Source: a virus
Taxonomy: Duplodnaviria; Caudoviricetes
Strand: one strand, 5' to 3'
Virus record (IMG/VR): IMGVR_UViG_3300020045_002688
Location: 1 to 33,196 of that record
DNA: 33,196 nt
The position numbers and the translations under genes were made by a program. Under the pieces are notes generated by a model. That model saw only the letters and a list, made by a program, of their open reading frames with translations, had not been told where the DNA came from and did no database searches. Position 1 is the stretch's first letter; each line of letters begins with the position of its first letter. Below, piece after piece: positions 7,279 through 16,640 of the stretch.

Positions 7279-8071
7279 CTACATTCTTGGTGGACAGACC
7301 GGCTCTGAAACGTGGGTAGCCTCACTCAAGGAGCAGCTAGAGACTAAGGGACACCAAGTCTATACGCGAACACCTCAACAAAATATTGACTTCACCCCAG
7401 ACCTTGCCATCATCAATCACAACACATGCTTACATGCTTTCAGACATCTACAGTGCAAAAAAATATTTACTTCTCACGGAGTAATACCAGACCTAGAACA
7501 ACCAGTAGAGGGAGCAGATGTGTACGTTTCTGTAAGTGAAGAAGTACAAGCCAACCTTAAAGACAAAGGTTTTGAAAGTGTAATAATAAGAAACGGCATA
7601 GATTGCCAATACTTCAAAAGTACAGAGCCAGTCAACCAAGAACTAAAGCGTGTCCTCTTCTCATCTAACTATGGAGGCACAGCTAGACTTAAAGTAAAAC
7701 TAGCCTGTGAAGAGTTGGGAATTCAGTTTGAAACAATCGGTGGAATACATAAAACCAAGAACGTACTGGAGGCAATCAATCGTGCTGACCTTGTTGTGGG
7801 GCTGGGCCGGACAGCGTATGAAGCTATGGCTTGTGAACGCAACGTGCTTGTCTATGACTACAATGGAGGAGATGGAGTTGCTACACTAGATACCCTTCCC
7901 CAATATAGACAAAACAACTGCTCCGGTAGATATAACAGACATGACTACTCAGTGGAAGATATAAAGAACCTGCTAAAACAATACAACCCAAAGTTAGGTA
8001 AGCATTTAAGAGGCTACATTATCGAGAACAACAATATGGAGAAAGTCGCAGACGAGTACCTAGAGTTGTGA
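7259..8071 (+). CDS. glycosyltransferase (GT-B, GT4-like)
   Basis: GSETW, SHG, VSVSE, IRNGID, GRTAYEAMAC. Confidence 0.85.
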   Translation: MRILLANYILGGQTGSETWVASLKEQLETKGHQVYTRTPQQNIDFTPDLAIINHNTCLHAFRHLQCKKIFTSHGVIPDLEQPVEGADVYVSVSEEVQANLKDKGFESVIIRNGIDCQYFKSTEPVNQELKRVLFSSNYGGTARLKVKLACEELGIQFETIGGIHKTKNVLEAINRADLVVGLGRTAYEAMACERNVLVYDYNGGDGVATLDTLPQYRQNNCSGRYNRHDYSVEDIKNLLKQYNPKLGKHLRGYIIENNNMEKVADEYLEL

Positions 8072-8085
8072 TATAATATAAACAT

Positions 8086-8232
8086 ATGCGAAGACATCAA
8101 CTCCGACAGCGAGGATTTAGAACACCGCCACCAAACGATAAAGAGGCGGTAGAAGAAGTAAAGGTCGAAGAAACTACTGAGGTAGAGAAAGAGACTCTTG
8201 TATCTAAAGTAAAGAAGGCTTTGAAGAAATAA
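8086..8232 (+). CDS. 48-aa protein with Arg-rich N-terminus
   Basis: MRRHQLRQRGFRTPPP...; TGATATAAT at 8069-8077; stop 1 nt before the TerS start. Confidence 0.7.
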   Translation: MRRHQLRQRGFRTPPPNDKEAVEEVKVEETTEVEKETLVSKVKKALKK

Positions 8233-8233
8233 C

Positions 8234-8656
8234 ATGGCTCAAGGTAAAGAATGGAAACCAGAAGAACGCGAAACAATTATTCAAAGTTTGAAAGAGTATC
8301 TCGAACTTGGTTTTAGTCGAAACAAAGCTTGTGCCTTCATAGGTTTGGCACCAGCAACGCTATCAAATTGGGTAAAAGAGGACGAAGCACTTGGAATGAG
8401 ATTGACTGGATGGGAAAACGCCATGAATAAGCTTGCTATGGCTAATCTTAGAGATGCTATGATGAAGGAAGGCGAGATGGATGACAATCGTAAGGACACT
8501 TCTAAATGGTGGGCTGAACGTAAGATGAAAGATGATGGATTTAGTACAAAAGTAGAACAAACTGTGACCGATACTGAGGGGAACACCGTGACTCCAATGC
8601 TTGTAAAGTTTATAACAGATGGAAAAACCAGCGACAATAGTAGAGATACCGATTGA
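8234..8656 (+). CDS. terS: terminase small subunit
   Basis: HTH (SRNKACAFIGLAPATLSNW), KWWAERK, position before TerL. Confidence 0.8.
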   Translation: MAQGKEWKPEERETIIQSLKEYLELGFSRNKACAFIGLAPATLSNWVKEDEALGMRLTGWENAMNKLAMANLRDAMMKEGEMDDNRKDTSKWWAERKMKDDGFSTKVEQTVTDTEGNTVTPMLVKFITDGKTSDNSRDTD

Positions 8657-9848
8657 GTTTAAACGACTCTTTGACCGTGACTGGCGTGAAGCTGCGGTCT
8701 ATGGCGGTAGATACTCAATGAAGTCACACACGGTGGCTCGTTTCCTTTTAATACGAGGGAGACAAGAAAAGATTAGAGTAGGTTGCTTCCGTGAGTTTCA
8801 AAACTCTATCAGTGAATCATCCCACCAGCTGCTCTCTGACCTTATTGTGTTCTATGGACTGTATGACTACAAAGTAACAGACAAGAGTATTGTAAATGAA
8901 AAGACTGGCTCTGACTTTCTTTTCAAAGGACTCCGCAACAACGCACAGTCTATTAAATCTATTGAAGGTATCGACATCGCGTGGGTAGAAGAAGCACAAA
9001 CTATCTCCAAAGAATCTATCGACATCCTTACCCCGACTATTCGTAAGCCCGGCTCTCAGATTGTTTACACATACAACCGCCTTCTTGAAGACGACCCCGT
9101 ACACCAACGCCTCGTCATTGAGGGTAGACCAAATACCCTCATCATCAATGTGAACTACGACATCGCATTAAAGTACAACTTCATGCCGGACGTTATTCGT
9201 AACGAGATGCAAGACGACAAGGATAATCGACCATCACTCTACAAGCATAAGTGGCTCGGTGAACCGTCAAGCATGGAGCGCAAGATTTACAAAGACTGGC
9301 GCTTCCTTGATGAGATACCTCATGAAGCACGGCTGGAGAAGTATGCGTTAGACTTCGGCTATACTAACGACCCCACTGCTATAGTTGCTATCTATTACTA
9401 CAACGGCGGGTATATCCTCGATGAAGTGGTGTACCAAAAGGGACTCAGTAATAAACAGATTGCTGACATCATGAACAGTCTTCCTCAAGCACACGTTGTG
9501 GCCGACAGTGCTGAACCAAAGAGTATCGACGAGCTTAGACTACACGGCATCACCGTACTTCCGGCCCAGAAGGGTAAGGACTCTGTGCGACAAGGTATTC
9601 AGTTCCTACAACGCCAAAAAATAAGTGTCACTAATCGTTCCTTCAATATCATCAACGAGTATAAGAAATACTTATGGCTTGAAGATAGGAATGGTAGAAT
9701 TATCAACGAACCACAAGACCTTGATAACCACGCTATGGATGCAATTAGGTACGGCTTTGAAGGGATGAGACCAAAAGAGAACGATGTTAAAAGAATGACG
9801 CGCGTTCACATGGCACGCAAGCATAACAATTCACCTAGAGCTTTATAA
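8619..9848 (+). CDS. terL: terminase large subunit (PBSX/SPP1-like)
   Basis: YGGRYSMKS, WVEEA, DFGYTNDP, DSAEP, NHAMDAIRY. Confidence 0.95.
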   Translation: MEKPATIVEIPIEFKRLFDRDWREAAVYGGRYSMKSHTVARFLLIRGRQEKIRVGCFREFQNSISESSHQLLSDLIVFYGLYDYKVTDKSIVNEKTGSDFLFKGLRNNAQSIKSIEGIDIAWVEEAQTISKESIDILTPTIRKPGSQIVYTYNRLLEDDPVHQRLVIEGRPNTLIINVNYDIALKYNFMPDVIRNEMQDDKDNRPSLYKHKWLGEPSSMERKIYKDWRFLDEIPHEARLEKYALDFGYTNDPTAIVAIYYYNGGYILDEVVYQKGLSNKQIADIMNSLPQAHVVADSAEPKSIDELRLHGITVLPAQKGKDSVRQGIQFLQRQKISVTNRSFNIINEYKKYLWLEDRNGRIINEPQDLDNHAMDAIRYGFEGMRPKENDVKRMTRVHMARKHNNSPRAL

Positions 9849-9849
9849 T

Positions 9850-9996
9850 ATGGAAGACTTAACAATCAACGAGAAGAAGATAGTGCTCATGCTGCGTACA
9901 CTACAGGCGCACGAACGTCTTGAAATCATGGCAGACCAAAAAGGAAGACGAGACTACTACATTGTGACAAAGACCTTGCGCGAAATACTGGCGTAA
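9850..9996 (+). CDS. 48-aa protein (MEDLTINEKKIVLMLRTLQAHERLEIMADQKGRRDYYIV...), DUF2292/YezD-like by pattern
   Basis: Fills the TerL-to-promoter gap exactly; family assignment from memory only. Confidence 0.65.
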   Translation: MEDLTINEKKIVLMLRTLQAHERLEIMADQKGRRDYYIVTKTLREILA

Positions 9997-10057
9997 CGTG
10001 GTATAATAAATACATCCGAAAAACGGACACCCCAAAAAGGGTTGTTCGTTATTTTTT
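9995..10057 (+). promoter_or_regulatory. promoter plus attenuator, copy 1
   Basis: AACGTGGTATAATA, CCGAAAAACGG 10016-10026, terminator 10022-10050 plus T6. Confidence 0.75.
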
Positions 10058-10063
10058 ATCTAT

Positions 10064-11821
10064 ATGGAAATCGTCAAAGAAATTAAAACAATTAAAGAGA
10101 ATTACGAAGGTTCCACCATTGACATTGTCGATGGTCTTCCTTATTCCCAATACCAGACGCTCCGCAAAGTTGAGTTCTACACTAACTCTCGTTACCTAAA
10201 CGGCAATACAGATATCCGTAATCGTATCAAGCCGTTCTACAACATCATTAACTTCCGCATCAATGTGGCAGTTCGTGCTACTGACTTTGATACCAAAGAC
10301 TTCCAGGTGTATTCAGAGAATCCAAAGCACTACATCAAGTCAATGATGTTTGGGAAGGAGATGAAGAACTGGATGAAGCGCACAAACTTCGCTGCCGTTA
10401 TCAACGAGTTTGGTCAAGTGCGACCTAAGTACGGAGGTGTCGTAATTAAGCGTGTCAAGAAAGAAGGTGAACTCTACATTCAAATCCCTGAATGGAAGAA
10501 CCTTCTCACCGACCCTGTAGACATTGAAAACGGTGTCATCGCAGAGCGTCACTTCATGACTCCTGTACAGATTCAGTCCAAGATGGGTGTCTGGAACAAC
10601 CTCGCAGATAATTACGAAGAGGTGGAAAAGGTATTTAAGAAATCATATGGCAAGGGCTACAGTACTGGCGACCGTGTGTGCGTCCTTGAGGTCGAAGGTG
10701 AGTTTGAAAAGGAATACGTCACAGAGAACGATAGTGATGAAAAGTACTCTCTACAACGCCACTTCTTACTCCTTGACCACGATGACAACCCTACAACTTG
10801 CCTCCACTCAGAAGAAAAGAGTAGCCGTGACTACATGTACCTACCATGGCTCAAAGCTTCTGGTCGCGCTCTTGGTATTGGTGTAGCCGAAGACGGCTTT
10901 GAGGCGCAGTATGCTGTCAACGACACTTTGCTTAAAGAGATGGACATTATGGAGATTGCGGCCCGTACCGTCTTCTGGACAGATGCTTCGACAGTAGAGA
11001 ACAACCTACTTGAAGACCTGGAGACTGGAGACATCCTCAAGGTAAATCCAGGCGAGACAATGCAAGTACTAAACAGTACACCAACCTCACTCCCCCAACT
11101 CGATAACATCCGCACCAAGTGGGATGAGCAGTACAGTAGAGCAACTTCGACATTTGAAGCTGTTACAGGCGAAACTATGCCCTCTGGGACACCTTTCCGC
11201 GCGATTGCTATCCAGAACCAAGAGAGCACAGCGATGTTCCAATACCGTATGGAAGAGGCTGGCATCTTCTGGCGTAAGGTTTTCTCTGATTGGATTGTTC
11301 CCCACTTAAAGGGCAAACTCTCACGAGAGCACATCCTTGCTTCTGATTTCACCGCTGAGGAACTACAAGTTATTGACGAAGCACTGGCTACAGACACAGC
11401 CAACAAGAAGGTGATTGAAAAGGCAATTGCCGGTAAAGTCACCACAACAGACGACTACAACAAGCTATTAGATGCTGAGAAGGAACTTTTAAATGTGAAC
11501 AAAGCGGTTCGATACCTCACTATCCCTAAAGATTACTTTAAAGACCTCGAAGCACAGATTGACATTAACATCACAGGCGAACAGCTCAATAAAGGAGTTA
11601 TGTTTGAAAGCATCAACAACATGCTTGTTACGATTTCTAACAGCTTCAATCCTCAGACTGGTTCATTTGCCATCCTCGAAGACCCTGTACTGTCTAAGAT
11701 ATTTGGTAAGGCGGTCGAGATGGCTGGCATTGGCATCTCTCCAGCTGAGTTAGTACAACGCAAGCCCAAGGAACCACAAATGCAAATGCCACAAGAAGCA
11801 CCTCAAATGACACAAGCATAG
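10064..11821 (+). CDS. portal protein
   Basis: 585 aa after TerL; FYNII, GIGVAE, VTGE motifs of podovirus portals. Confidence 0.85.
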   Translation: MEIVKEIKTIKENYEGSTIDIVDGLPYSQYQTLRKVEFYTNSRYLNGNTDIRNRIKPFYNIINFRINVAVRATDFDTKDFQVYSENPKHYIKSMMFGKEMKNWMKRTNFAAVINEFGQVRPKYGGVVIKRVKKEGELYIQIPEWKNLLTDPVDIENGVIAERHFMTPVQIQSKMGVWNNLADNYEEVEKVFKKSYGKGYSTGDRVCVLEVEGEFEKEYVTENDSDEKYSLQRHFLLLDHDDNPTTCLHSEEKSSRDYMYLPWLKASGRALGIGVAEDGFEAQYAVNDTLLKEMDIMEIAARTVFWTDASTVENNLLEDLETGDILKVNPGETMQVLNSTPTSLPQLDNIRTKWDEQYSRATSTFEAVTGETMPSGTPFRAIAIQNQESTAMFQYRMEEAGIFWRKVFSDWIVPHLKGKLSREHILASDFTAEELQVIDEALATDTANKKVIEKAIAGKVTTTDDYNKLLDAEKELLNVNKAVRYLTIPKDYFKDLEAQIDINITGEQLNKGVMFESINNMLVTISNSFNPQTGSFAILEDPVLSKIFGKAVEMAGIGISPAELVQRKPKEPQMQMPQEAPQMTQA

Positions 11822-11823
11822 TT

Positions 11824-12051
11824 ATGAATGACGAACTACTAAAACAATTCTACTCAAGCGAACACATGCGTGTGGAGGTCTACAAGTTCTTTAAAGCCAC
11901 CCTAGATGAGATTGCTCTCGAACGGGTCTACAAAGGACAAGACACCAAAGGTATCGCAGACGCAAAAGAAGTGCTAGTCAAAGCAGAAGCAAAGCTTCAA
12001 AACAAGTTCACCGTAGGACGTAATGTCAAAGACGGTCAACGCGCACTCTAA
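11824..12051 (+). CDS. small head-module protein
   Basis: Helical 75-aa ORF between portal and scaffold. Confidence 0.7.
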   Translation: MNDELLKQFYSSEHMRVEVYKFFKATLDEIALERVYKGQDTKGIADAKEVLVKAEAKLQNKFTVGRNVKDGQRAL

Positions 12052-12108
12052 AATCTCGGTTAGCAACTCCGTCCAAAAGTTGGTACCAATTTAATCTAGC
12101 CCATCACT

Positions 12109-12594
12109 ATGTTCAATGATGAAACACAAGAAGATGTAACTTTGGAAAATAACATCGAAGACAATCAGGAAGAAGTAGACGCTGAGGAATCAGCAGACGA
12201 AACTAACTGGGAGTCAGAAGCGAAGAAGTGGCGTGCTATAGCTGAACGCAAAGCGAAGAAGCTTGAATCACCCGCACCGAAGCAACCCAAAGCAGAATCA
12301 AACGGAACTCTTACAGAAGACGATATTCTTGTCATCACTACCATCCAAGATAAGGAACTCATTAATACCGCGCGAGAGATTGCAAAGTTGAAGGGAGTGA
12401 CCTTAGCTGAGGCGGCAGAATCTACAATGTTCAAGCTTGCAAAGGCTGAACGTGAGGATAACATCCGACAAGAAAAAGTGTCTATGGAAGCGTCCCGCGG
12501 TTCTGCAAACCGTGGCAAGAAGAAAGATTTTAAAACATCAGGACTATCCCCAGCTGAACACAAAGAACTCTGGAAGAGCAGAACTGGTCGCTAA
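12109..12594 (+). CDS. scaffolding protein
   Basis: Acidic N-terminus, coiled coil, directly before the capsid gene. Confidence 0.75.
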   Translation: MFNDETQEDVTLENNIEDNQEEVDAEESADETNWESEAKKWRAIAERKAKKLESPAPKQPKAESNGTLTEDDILVITTIQDKELINTAREIAKLKGVTLAEAAESTMFKLAKAEREDNIRQEKVSMEASRGSANRGKKKDFKTSGLSPAEHKELWKSRTGR

Positions 12595-12637
12595 ACACTC
12601 TCCTTGTCATGTTTAAGAACATTAAAACTAATTAAAT

Positions 12638-13546
12638 ATGGCTTTAGGTACAAACGGCTACACATTTGCCGACCTCGACGTAAACATCCCAGAAGTATGG
12701 GGTGAACAAATCAACGATTACTTCCGATACAGTCTCAAGCTCGCTCCTTTCTTCATTGACCGTAGTGATGAGCTTACAGACGGAGGTGACTCAATCTACA
12801 CTCCAAACCTTTCTGCACTTACTGTGTCTACAAAGACCAATAACGCAGAAGTAACCCTTTCATCACCTACATACACAACTCAAACACTTGTGGTGTCTAC
12901 ATGGAAGGAATCATCTTTCGTTATCGAAGACCGTGAAATGGCTCAACTTAAGAAGAGTTACTACCTACAGACTAAGATTGCAGAAGGTGGCGCATACGAA
13001 GTTGCACAAGACCTTGACGATGCTATCGCAGCTCTTTTCTCAGGTTTCTCAACCTCAGTAGGTGCTTCAAATACAAACCTTGCAGATTCTAACCTCCTCG
13101 CTGCTATCGCAACACTCGAAGCCGCTGGTGTACCAGGAATCTACACAGGTGAAGTTTCATTCATCCTCCACCCTAATACCTTCTACCGACAGATTGGTAT
13201 TATCGACAAGTTCACACTATGGCAAAACACTAAGAGTGAGGAACCTCGCATGAAGGCCCCAACTCCAATGCTTTACGGAATCCCTGTTATCGTTACTCCG
13301 GCCGTTGGTGTTACTCTTGGTTCACGTAACAACGTGCTTGCGCACAAGGACGCTATCCACTGGGCTCGTCTCTCAATGCCAGCTAAGGCTGCTATGGGTT
13401 ACGTTGGTTCAGAAGGAGTCCGTGTACAGCAATCATACGTTCACGAATACCTTGGGGAACTCGTTACCATCGACCTCTGTTACGGAGTCGTGGAAAACCG
13501 AGACAACGCAGCTGTGTTGCTCAAGTCTATCCAGACCGTTGCATAG
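12638..13546 (+). CDS. major capsid protein (HK97 fold, P22-coat-like)
   Basis: IPEVW, GDSIYTP, LYGIPV, DLCYGV; terminator follows. Confidence 0.9.
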   Translation: MALGTNGYTFADLDVNIPEVWGEQINDYFRYSLKLAPFFIDRSDELTDGGDSIYTPNLSALTVSTKTNNAEVTLSSPTYTTQTLVVSTWKESSFVIEDREMAQLKKSYYLQTKIAEGGAYEVAQDLDDAIAALFSGFSTSVGASNTNLADSNLLAAIATLEAAGVPGIYTGEVSFILHPNTFYRQIGIIDKFTLWQNTKSEEPRMKAPTPMLYGIPVIVTPAVGVTLGSRNNVLAHKDAIHWARLSMPAKAAMGYVGSEGVRVQQSYVHEYLGELVTIDLCYGVVENRDNAAVLLKSIQTVA

Positions 13547-13567
13547 TTATACACATAGCTACGAATC

Positions 13568-13589
13568 AAGCCCTTCACGGGGCTTTTTT
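13568..13589 (+). terminator. intrinsic terminator after capsid
   Basis: AAGCCCT-TCAC-GGGGCTT plus T run. Confidence 0.85.
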
Positions 13590-13607
13590 CGTGTTATAAT
13601 CTTTTAT

Positions 13608-13934
13608 ATGGCAAATACTCAAGTAGGAAAACTACACAAGAAGACGATTGTTAGAGGATTAGATGGTGGCATCAGAGACATGCGTGATGAAGCTAATGGT
13701 GGCTGGATTGTGCGCGGCGGTTCTGTAGTTAATCAAGAACGCTGGAACGATTATTTAAAAGCTCTTAAAGATAAGGAGGACTCTGCGAAGGCATTTGCTG
13801 AACCGAAGATTCGTCAAGATTACCCTGAGACAAAAGATGGCATCGCTGAATCATCACGAGTCGATAAACTTGAAGAGAAAGTTGAAGCTTTGGACTCAAA
13901 GCTAGACGCAATCCTAAAAGCCGTATCAAAATGA
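13608..13934 (+). CDS. hypothetical protein with C-terminal coiled coil, leaderless
   Basis: ATG 7 nt after TGTTATAAT (13592-13600); ATGA-coupled to the next gene. Confidence 0.75.
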   Translation: MANTQVGKLHKKTIVRGLDGGIRDMRDEANGGWIVRGGSVVNQERWNDYLKALKDKEDSAKAFAEPKIRQDYPETKDGIAESSRVDKLEEKVEALDSKLDAILKAVSK

Positions 13935-14998
13935 TAAAGATATTCTTCCTGCCAGGAGCCTATGACGGCTGTTACTACTACCGCGGATATATGCCAGCCA
14001 TCTACGGCAAGATGACTTGCGTAACAGACTTTTTAGGTGGTGGATGGGATAGGGATGAAATGATGAAGCGAGCCATGGAGTCTGATGTTATCGTCTTTCA
14101 GCGACCCAATGACGGCTACCGAGTCGAGCTGATGAAGCTTCTCAAGCAGAAGGGTAAGTTCATCGTCTTTGAAAATGATGACACGTACTTACCTGACAAG
14201 GGAGTACCACTCAATATGCTTGGAAGTGATAAGGCTCGCGCTCTAGCAATCCACTTGAGTGACAATCTAAACGAAGGGCTAAAGATTGCAGACCTAGTTA
14301 TCGCATCGACTCAGACACTCGCTGAGGAGTACCGAGAAACCGCTACATGCCCCGTGGTAGTGCGTAAGAATACGATTGACCCACTAGACGCATGGCCCCG
14401 GAAAACCCCGGCTGGAAGAATGCGGATAGGCTTTATCGGTTCCGTATCATCCAATGACGACTACACCCACATCGCTGATACCATTCGCTGGTTGGATAAG
14501 AATGAAAAGGTGACGTTCGTGGTGTTGGGACATAAGCGACACCACGAAGACTATAAAGGATACGAGAAGGACGATGAATTCTGGGATACGATAAAGAATG
14601 TTGAATGGCATGACTTCGTACCAGCCACGAGATACCATAAGAAGCTGGCAGAGATGCAACTACACATCGCCTTGATTCCTCGAAAAGATAATTACTTCAA
14701 TCGCTGTAAGTCAAACATAAAGTTCCTAGAAAGTGCTTTACAGAAAATCCCAGTTATTGCACAAGGATTCACCACAAAAGATAGTCCGTATCAGTTCGGA
14801 AAAGACAAGAAGTACATGCAAGTAGTGACCAGAGACGAGGACTGGTTGCCAACAATATTAAACACCATAAATGACTACCCCAAGTATGCTACACTAGCTG
14901 AAAAGGCGCACGATTACGTGCTAGAGGAATACAACATTAGAAATTACGCCAAGGAATGGCGACAAATAATTGAACAACACTATGAAAATCGAAAATGA
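13931..14998 (+). CDS. glycosyltransferase (GT-B)
   Basis: GCYYYR, VFQR, ENDD, IGFIGS, FNRCKSNIKFLE. Confidence 0.85.
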   Translation: MIKIFFLPGAYDGCYYYRGYMPAIYGKMTCVTDFLGGGWDRDEMMKRAMESDVIVFQRPNDGYRVELMKLLKQKGKFIVFENDDTYLPDKGVPLNMLGSDKARALAIHLSDNLNEGLKIADLVIASTQTLAEEYRETATCPVVVRKNTIDPLDAWPRKTPAGRMRIGFIGSVSSNDDYTHIADTIRWLDKNEKVTFVVLGHKRHHEDYKGYEKDDEFWDTIKNVEWHDFVPATRYHKKLAEMQLHIALIPRKDNYFNRCKSNIKFLESALQKIPVIAQGFTTKDSPYQFGKDKKYMQVVTRDEDWLPTILNTINDYPKYATLAEKAHDYVLEEYNIRNYAKEWRQIIEQHYENRK

Positions 14999-15407
14999 AC
15001 TACTCAAGGAAGAGAACTACTCAAACCCACGCTTGATTGAGATTACAAATGAAGAAGTGGGCGCACTCTACGAGCAAATCAAGGTACATCAAACAAACGT
15101 AAATCCTTTTCTTACCCGCTTTGAGGAGATTGAAGCTAAGAAGATTGAACTAAAAGCACCGTTTGACGAATACGTTAAAGAGACAAAGCAAGAGCTTGAA
15201 GATATGATGGAAAAGATGCAGTCAGAAGACCAGATGGCATCGAAGATTAAAGAAAAGCTTGTACCACTCGTGGAAGATGAGGTTATGCCACATCTTGGCG
15301 AACTGGATGAGTTCGTGGGTCTTGAAAAGATTGACGGCAAGTACTACGCTAAAGTAAATGACCGTATCGAAGAATGGGTGAAGTCAATTCGCTCTGCAAA
15401 GAAGTAA
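14982..15407 (+). CDS. coiled-coil hypothetical protein
   Basis: E/K-rich helical ORF overlapping the GT end. Confidence 0.7.
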   Translation: MKIENELLKEENYSNPRLIEITNEEVGALYEQIKVHQTNVNPFLTRFEEIEAKKIELKAPFDEYVKETKQELEDMMEKMQSEDQMASKIKEKLVPLVEDEVMPHLGELDEFVGLEKIDGKYYAKVNDRIEEWVKSIRSAKK

Positions 15408-15468
15408 ACGTGGTATAATAGATGTACCGAAAAACGGCAAGAGTAATGGCTCTTGTCGTTTTCTATTT
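15407..15468 (+). promoter_or_regulatory. promoter plus attenuator, copy 2
   Basis: AACGTGGTATAATA, CCGAAAAACGG 15427-15437, terminator 15431-15462. Confidence 0.75.
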
Positions 15469-15472
15469 ATAT

Positions 15473-16213
15473 ATGCAATTTAATGACACATCAGCTGCGA
15501 AGAATGGCCTTATCCAAGAGTGCGAAACATGGCTTTTTGGTAGTAATTACGGCGCTATCTCAGGCAGTGCTAATGTCTTAGCTACATTCACTCGATTACT
15601 AAATAATGGGCTTGATGAGGTATCAGGACTAGTCATGTCTGTCGATGGACGCTGGCAGTATGACGATAGTAACTTCACTGACTTTCCTATTGCTACCACA
15701 AACCTCGTTGTCTCACAGCAAGATTACCAGCTTTCTGTTTCTCACATCAAAATTCTCGGTGTAGAGATTAAGGACAATAATGGAGATTGGTATGCCCTCG
15801 CTCAGATTGACCAGCAAGAAATACGCCGTGCTGGACACGCATTAACCGAGTTCATGGATGAAGATGGGCGGCCTCAATACTACGATGTGGTGGGCGATTC
15901 AATTAAGCTCTACCCGGCACCAGCCACTGCGAATGTCACGACCACCGCTGGCCTCAAAGTGTACTTCCAGCGAGAGCCAGACTACTTTGTGAGCGCCGAT
16001 ACAACAAAGAAGCCGGGCATCCCCTCCATCTTCCACGACATCCCTGCCCTCCATGCCTCTGCTAAGTACGCAAAGAGTAACTCGATGGCAGAAAAGGCAA
16101 GAGAGTTGGACAACGAAATTATTAAACGAAACGAAGCTTTAAAGCGTTTCTACTCAAAAAGAAACGTCGATAAGAAACCAACATTAAAAGCACGTTATAA
16201 ATCAGCAGCATAA
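15473..16213 (+). CDS. head-tail adaptor
   Basis: QQDYQL, GRPQYY, IKLYPAP, PGIPSIFH; start MQFND after the attenuator. Confidence 0.75.
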   Translation: MQFNDTSAAKNGLIQECETWLFGSNYGAISGSANVLATFTRLLNNGLDEVSGLVMSVDGRWQYDDSNFTDFPIATTNLVVSQQDYQLSVSHIKILGVEIKDNNGDWYALAQIDQQEIRRAGHALTEFMDEDGRPQYYDVVGDSIKLYPAPATANVTTTAGLKVYFQREPDYFVSADTTKKPGIPSIFHDIPALHASAKYAKSNSMAEKARELDNEIIKRNEALKRFYSKRNVDKKPTLKARYKSAA

Positions 16214-16215
16214 AT

Positions 16216-16638
16216 ATGGCAGGATTTTATTCAAAAGGACTAGAGGTAGGGCTCAAAGCCGTCACCGGTGTAACCGCAGCCCCTACAGGCACTCTCAAAG
16301 GTGCTTTTATGGCGACCTCATACACCCAAAACCAAGAGACACATCAATTCTGGTCTGACATCTCAGCGTCTATCGCATCAGGCACAACAGTACGTACCAT
16401 CTCAGGCGCAGCGGTAAACGTGGACACCACCAACAACCGTGTTGAGATTGACTTCACAGACCCTACTGAGACCCCAGTGACAGCGACCACAAACCAGTTC
16501 GTGCTATACATGGATACAGGAGTAGCCGCAACTTCGCCCCTCATCGCTTGTGGTGCCCTTTCCGCCACCCTCTCACCAGTTGGAGGAACCCTCACATTAA
16601 CAGTGAACGCCGAAGGATTAGCCGCAGTTAGCTATTAG
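16216..16638 (+). CDS. virion structural protein
   Basis: T/A/G-rich beta protein in the tail module. Confidence 0.65.
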   Translation: MAGFYSKGLEVGLKAVTGVTAAPTGTLKGAFMATSYTQNQETHQFWSDISASIASGTTVRTISGAAVNVDTTNNRVEIDFTDPTETPVTATTNQFVLYMDTGVAATSPLIACGALSATLSPVGGTLTLTVNAEGLAAVSY

Positions 16639-16640
16639 TC

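Noticed and set aside
10831-11445. Long antisense ORFs (also 12165-12563, 22690-23181, 31843-32244, 584-1030)
   Set aside because: Shadow frames of real genes; no promoters or motifs
13305-13607. Frameshift-extended capsid via the open +1 frame
   Set aside because: No slippery site seen, and a terminator plus a new promoter separate the genes; real start is 13608
15422-15472. N-terminal extension MYRKTARV... of the adaptor
   Set aside because: ATG 15422 is only 2 nt after the -10 box, upstream of the likely TSS; the sequence is the attenuator
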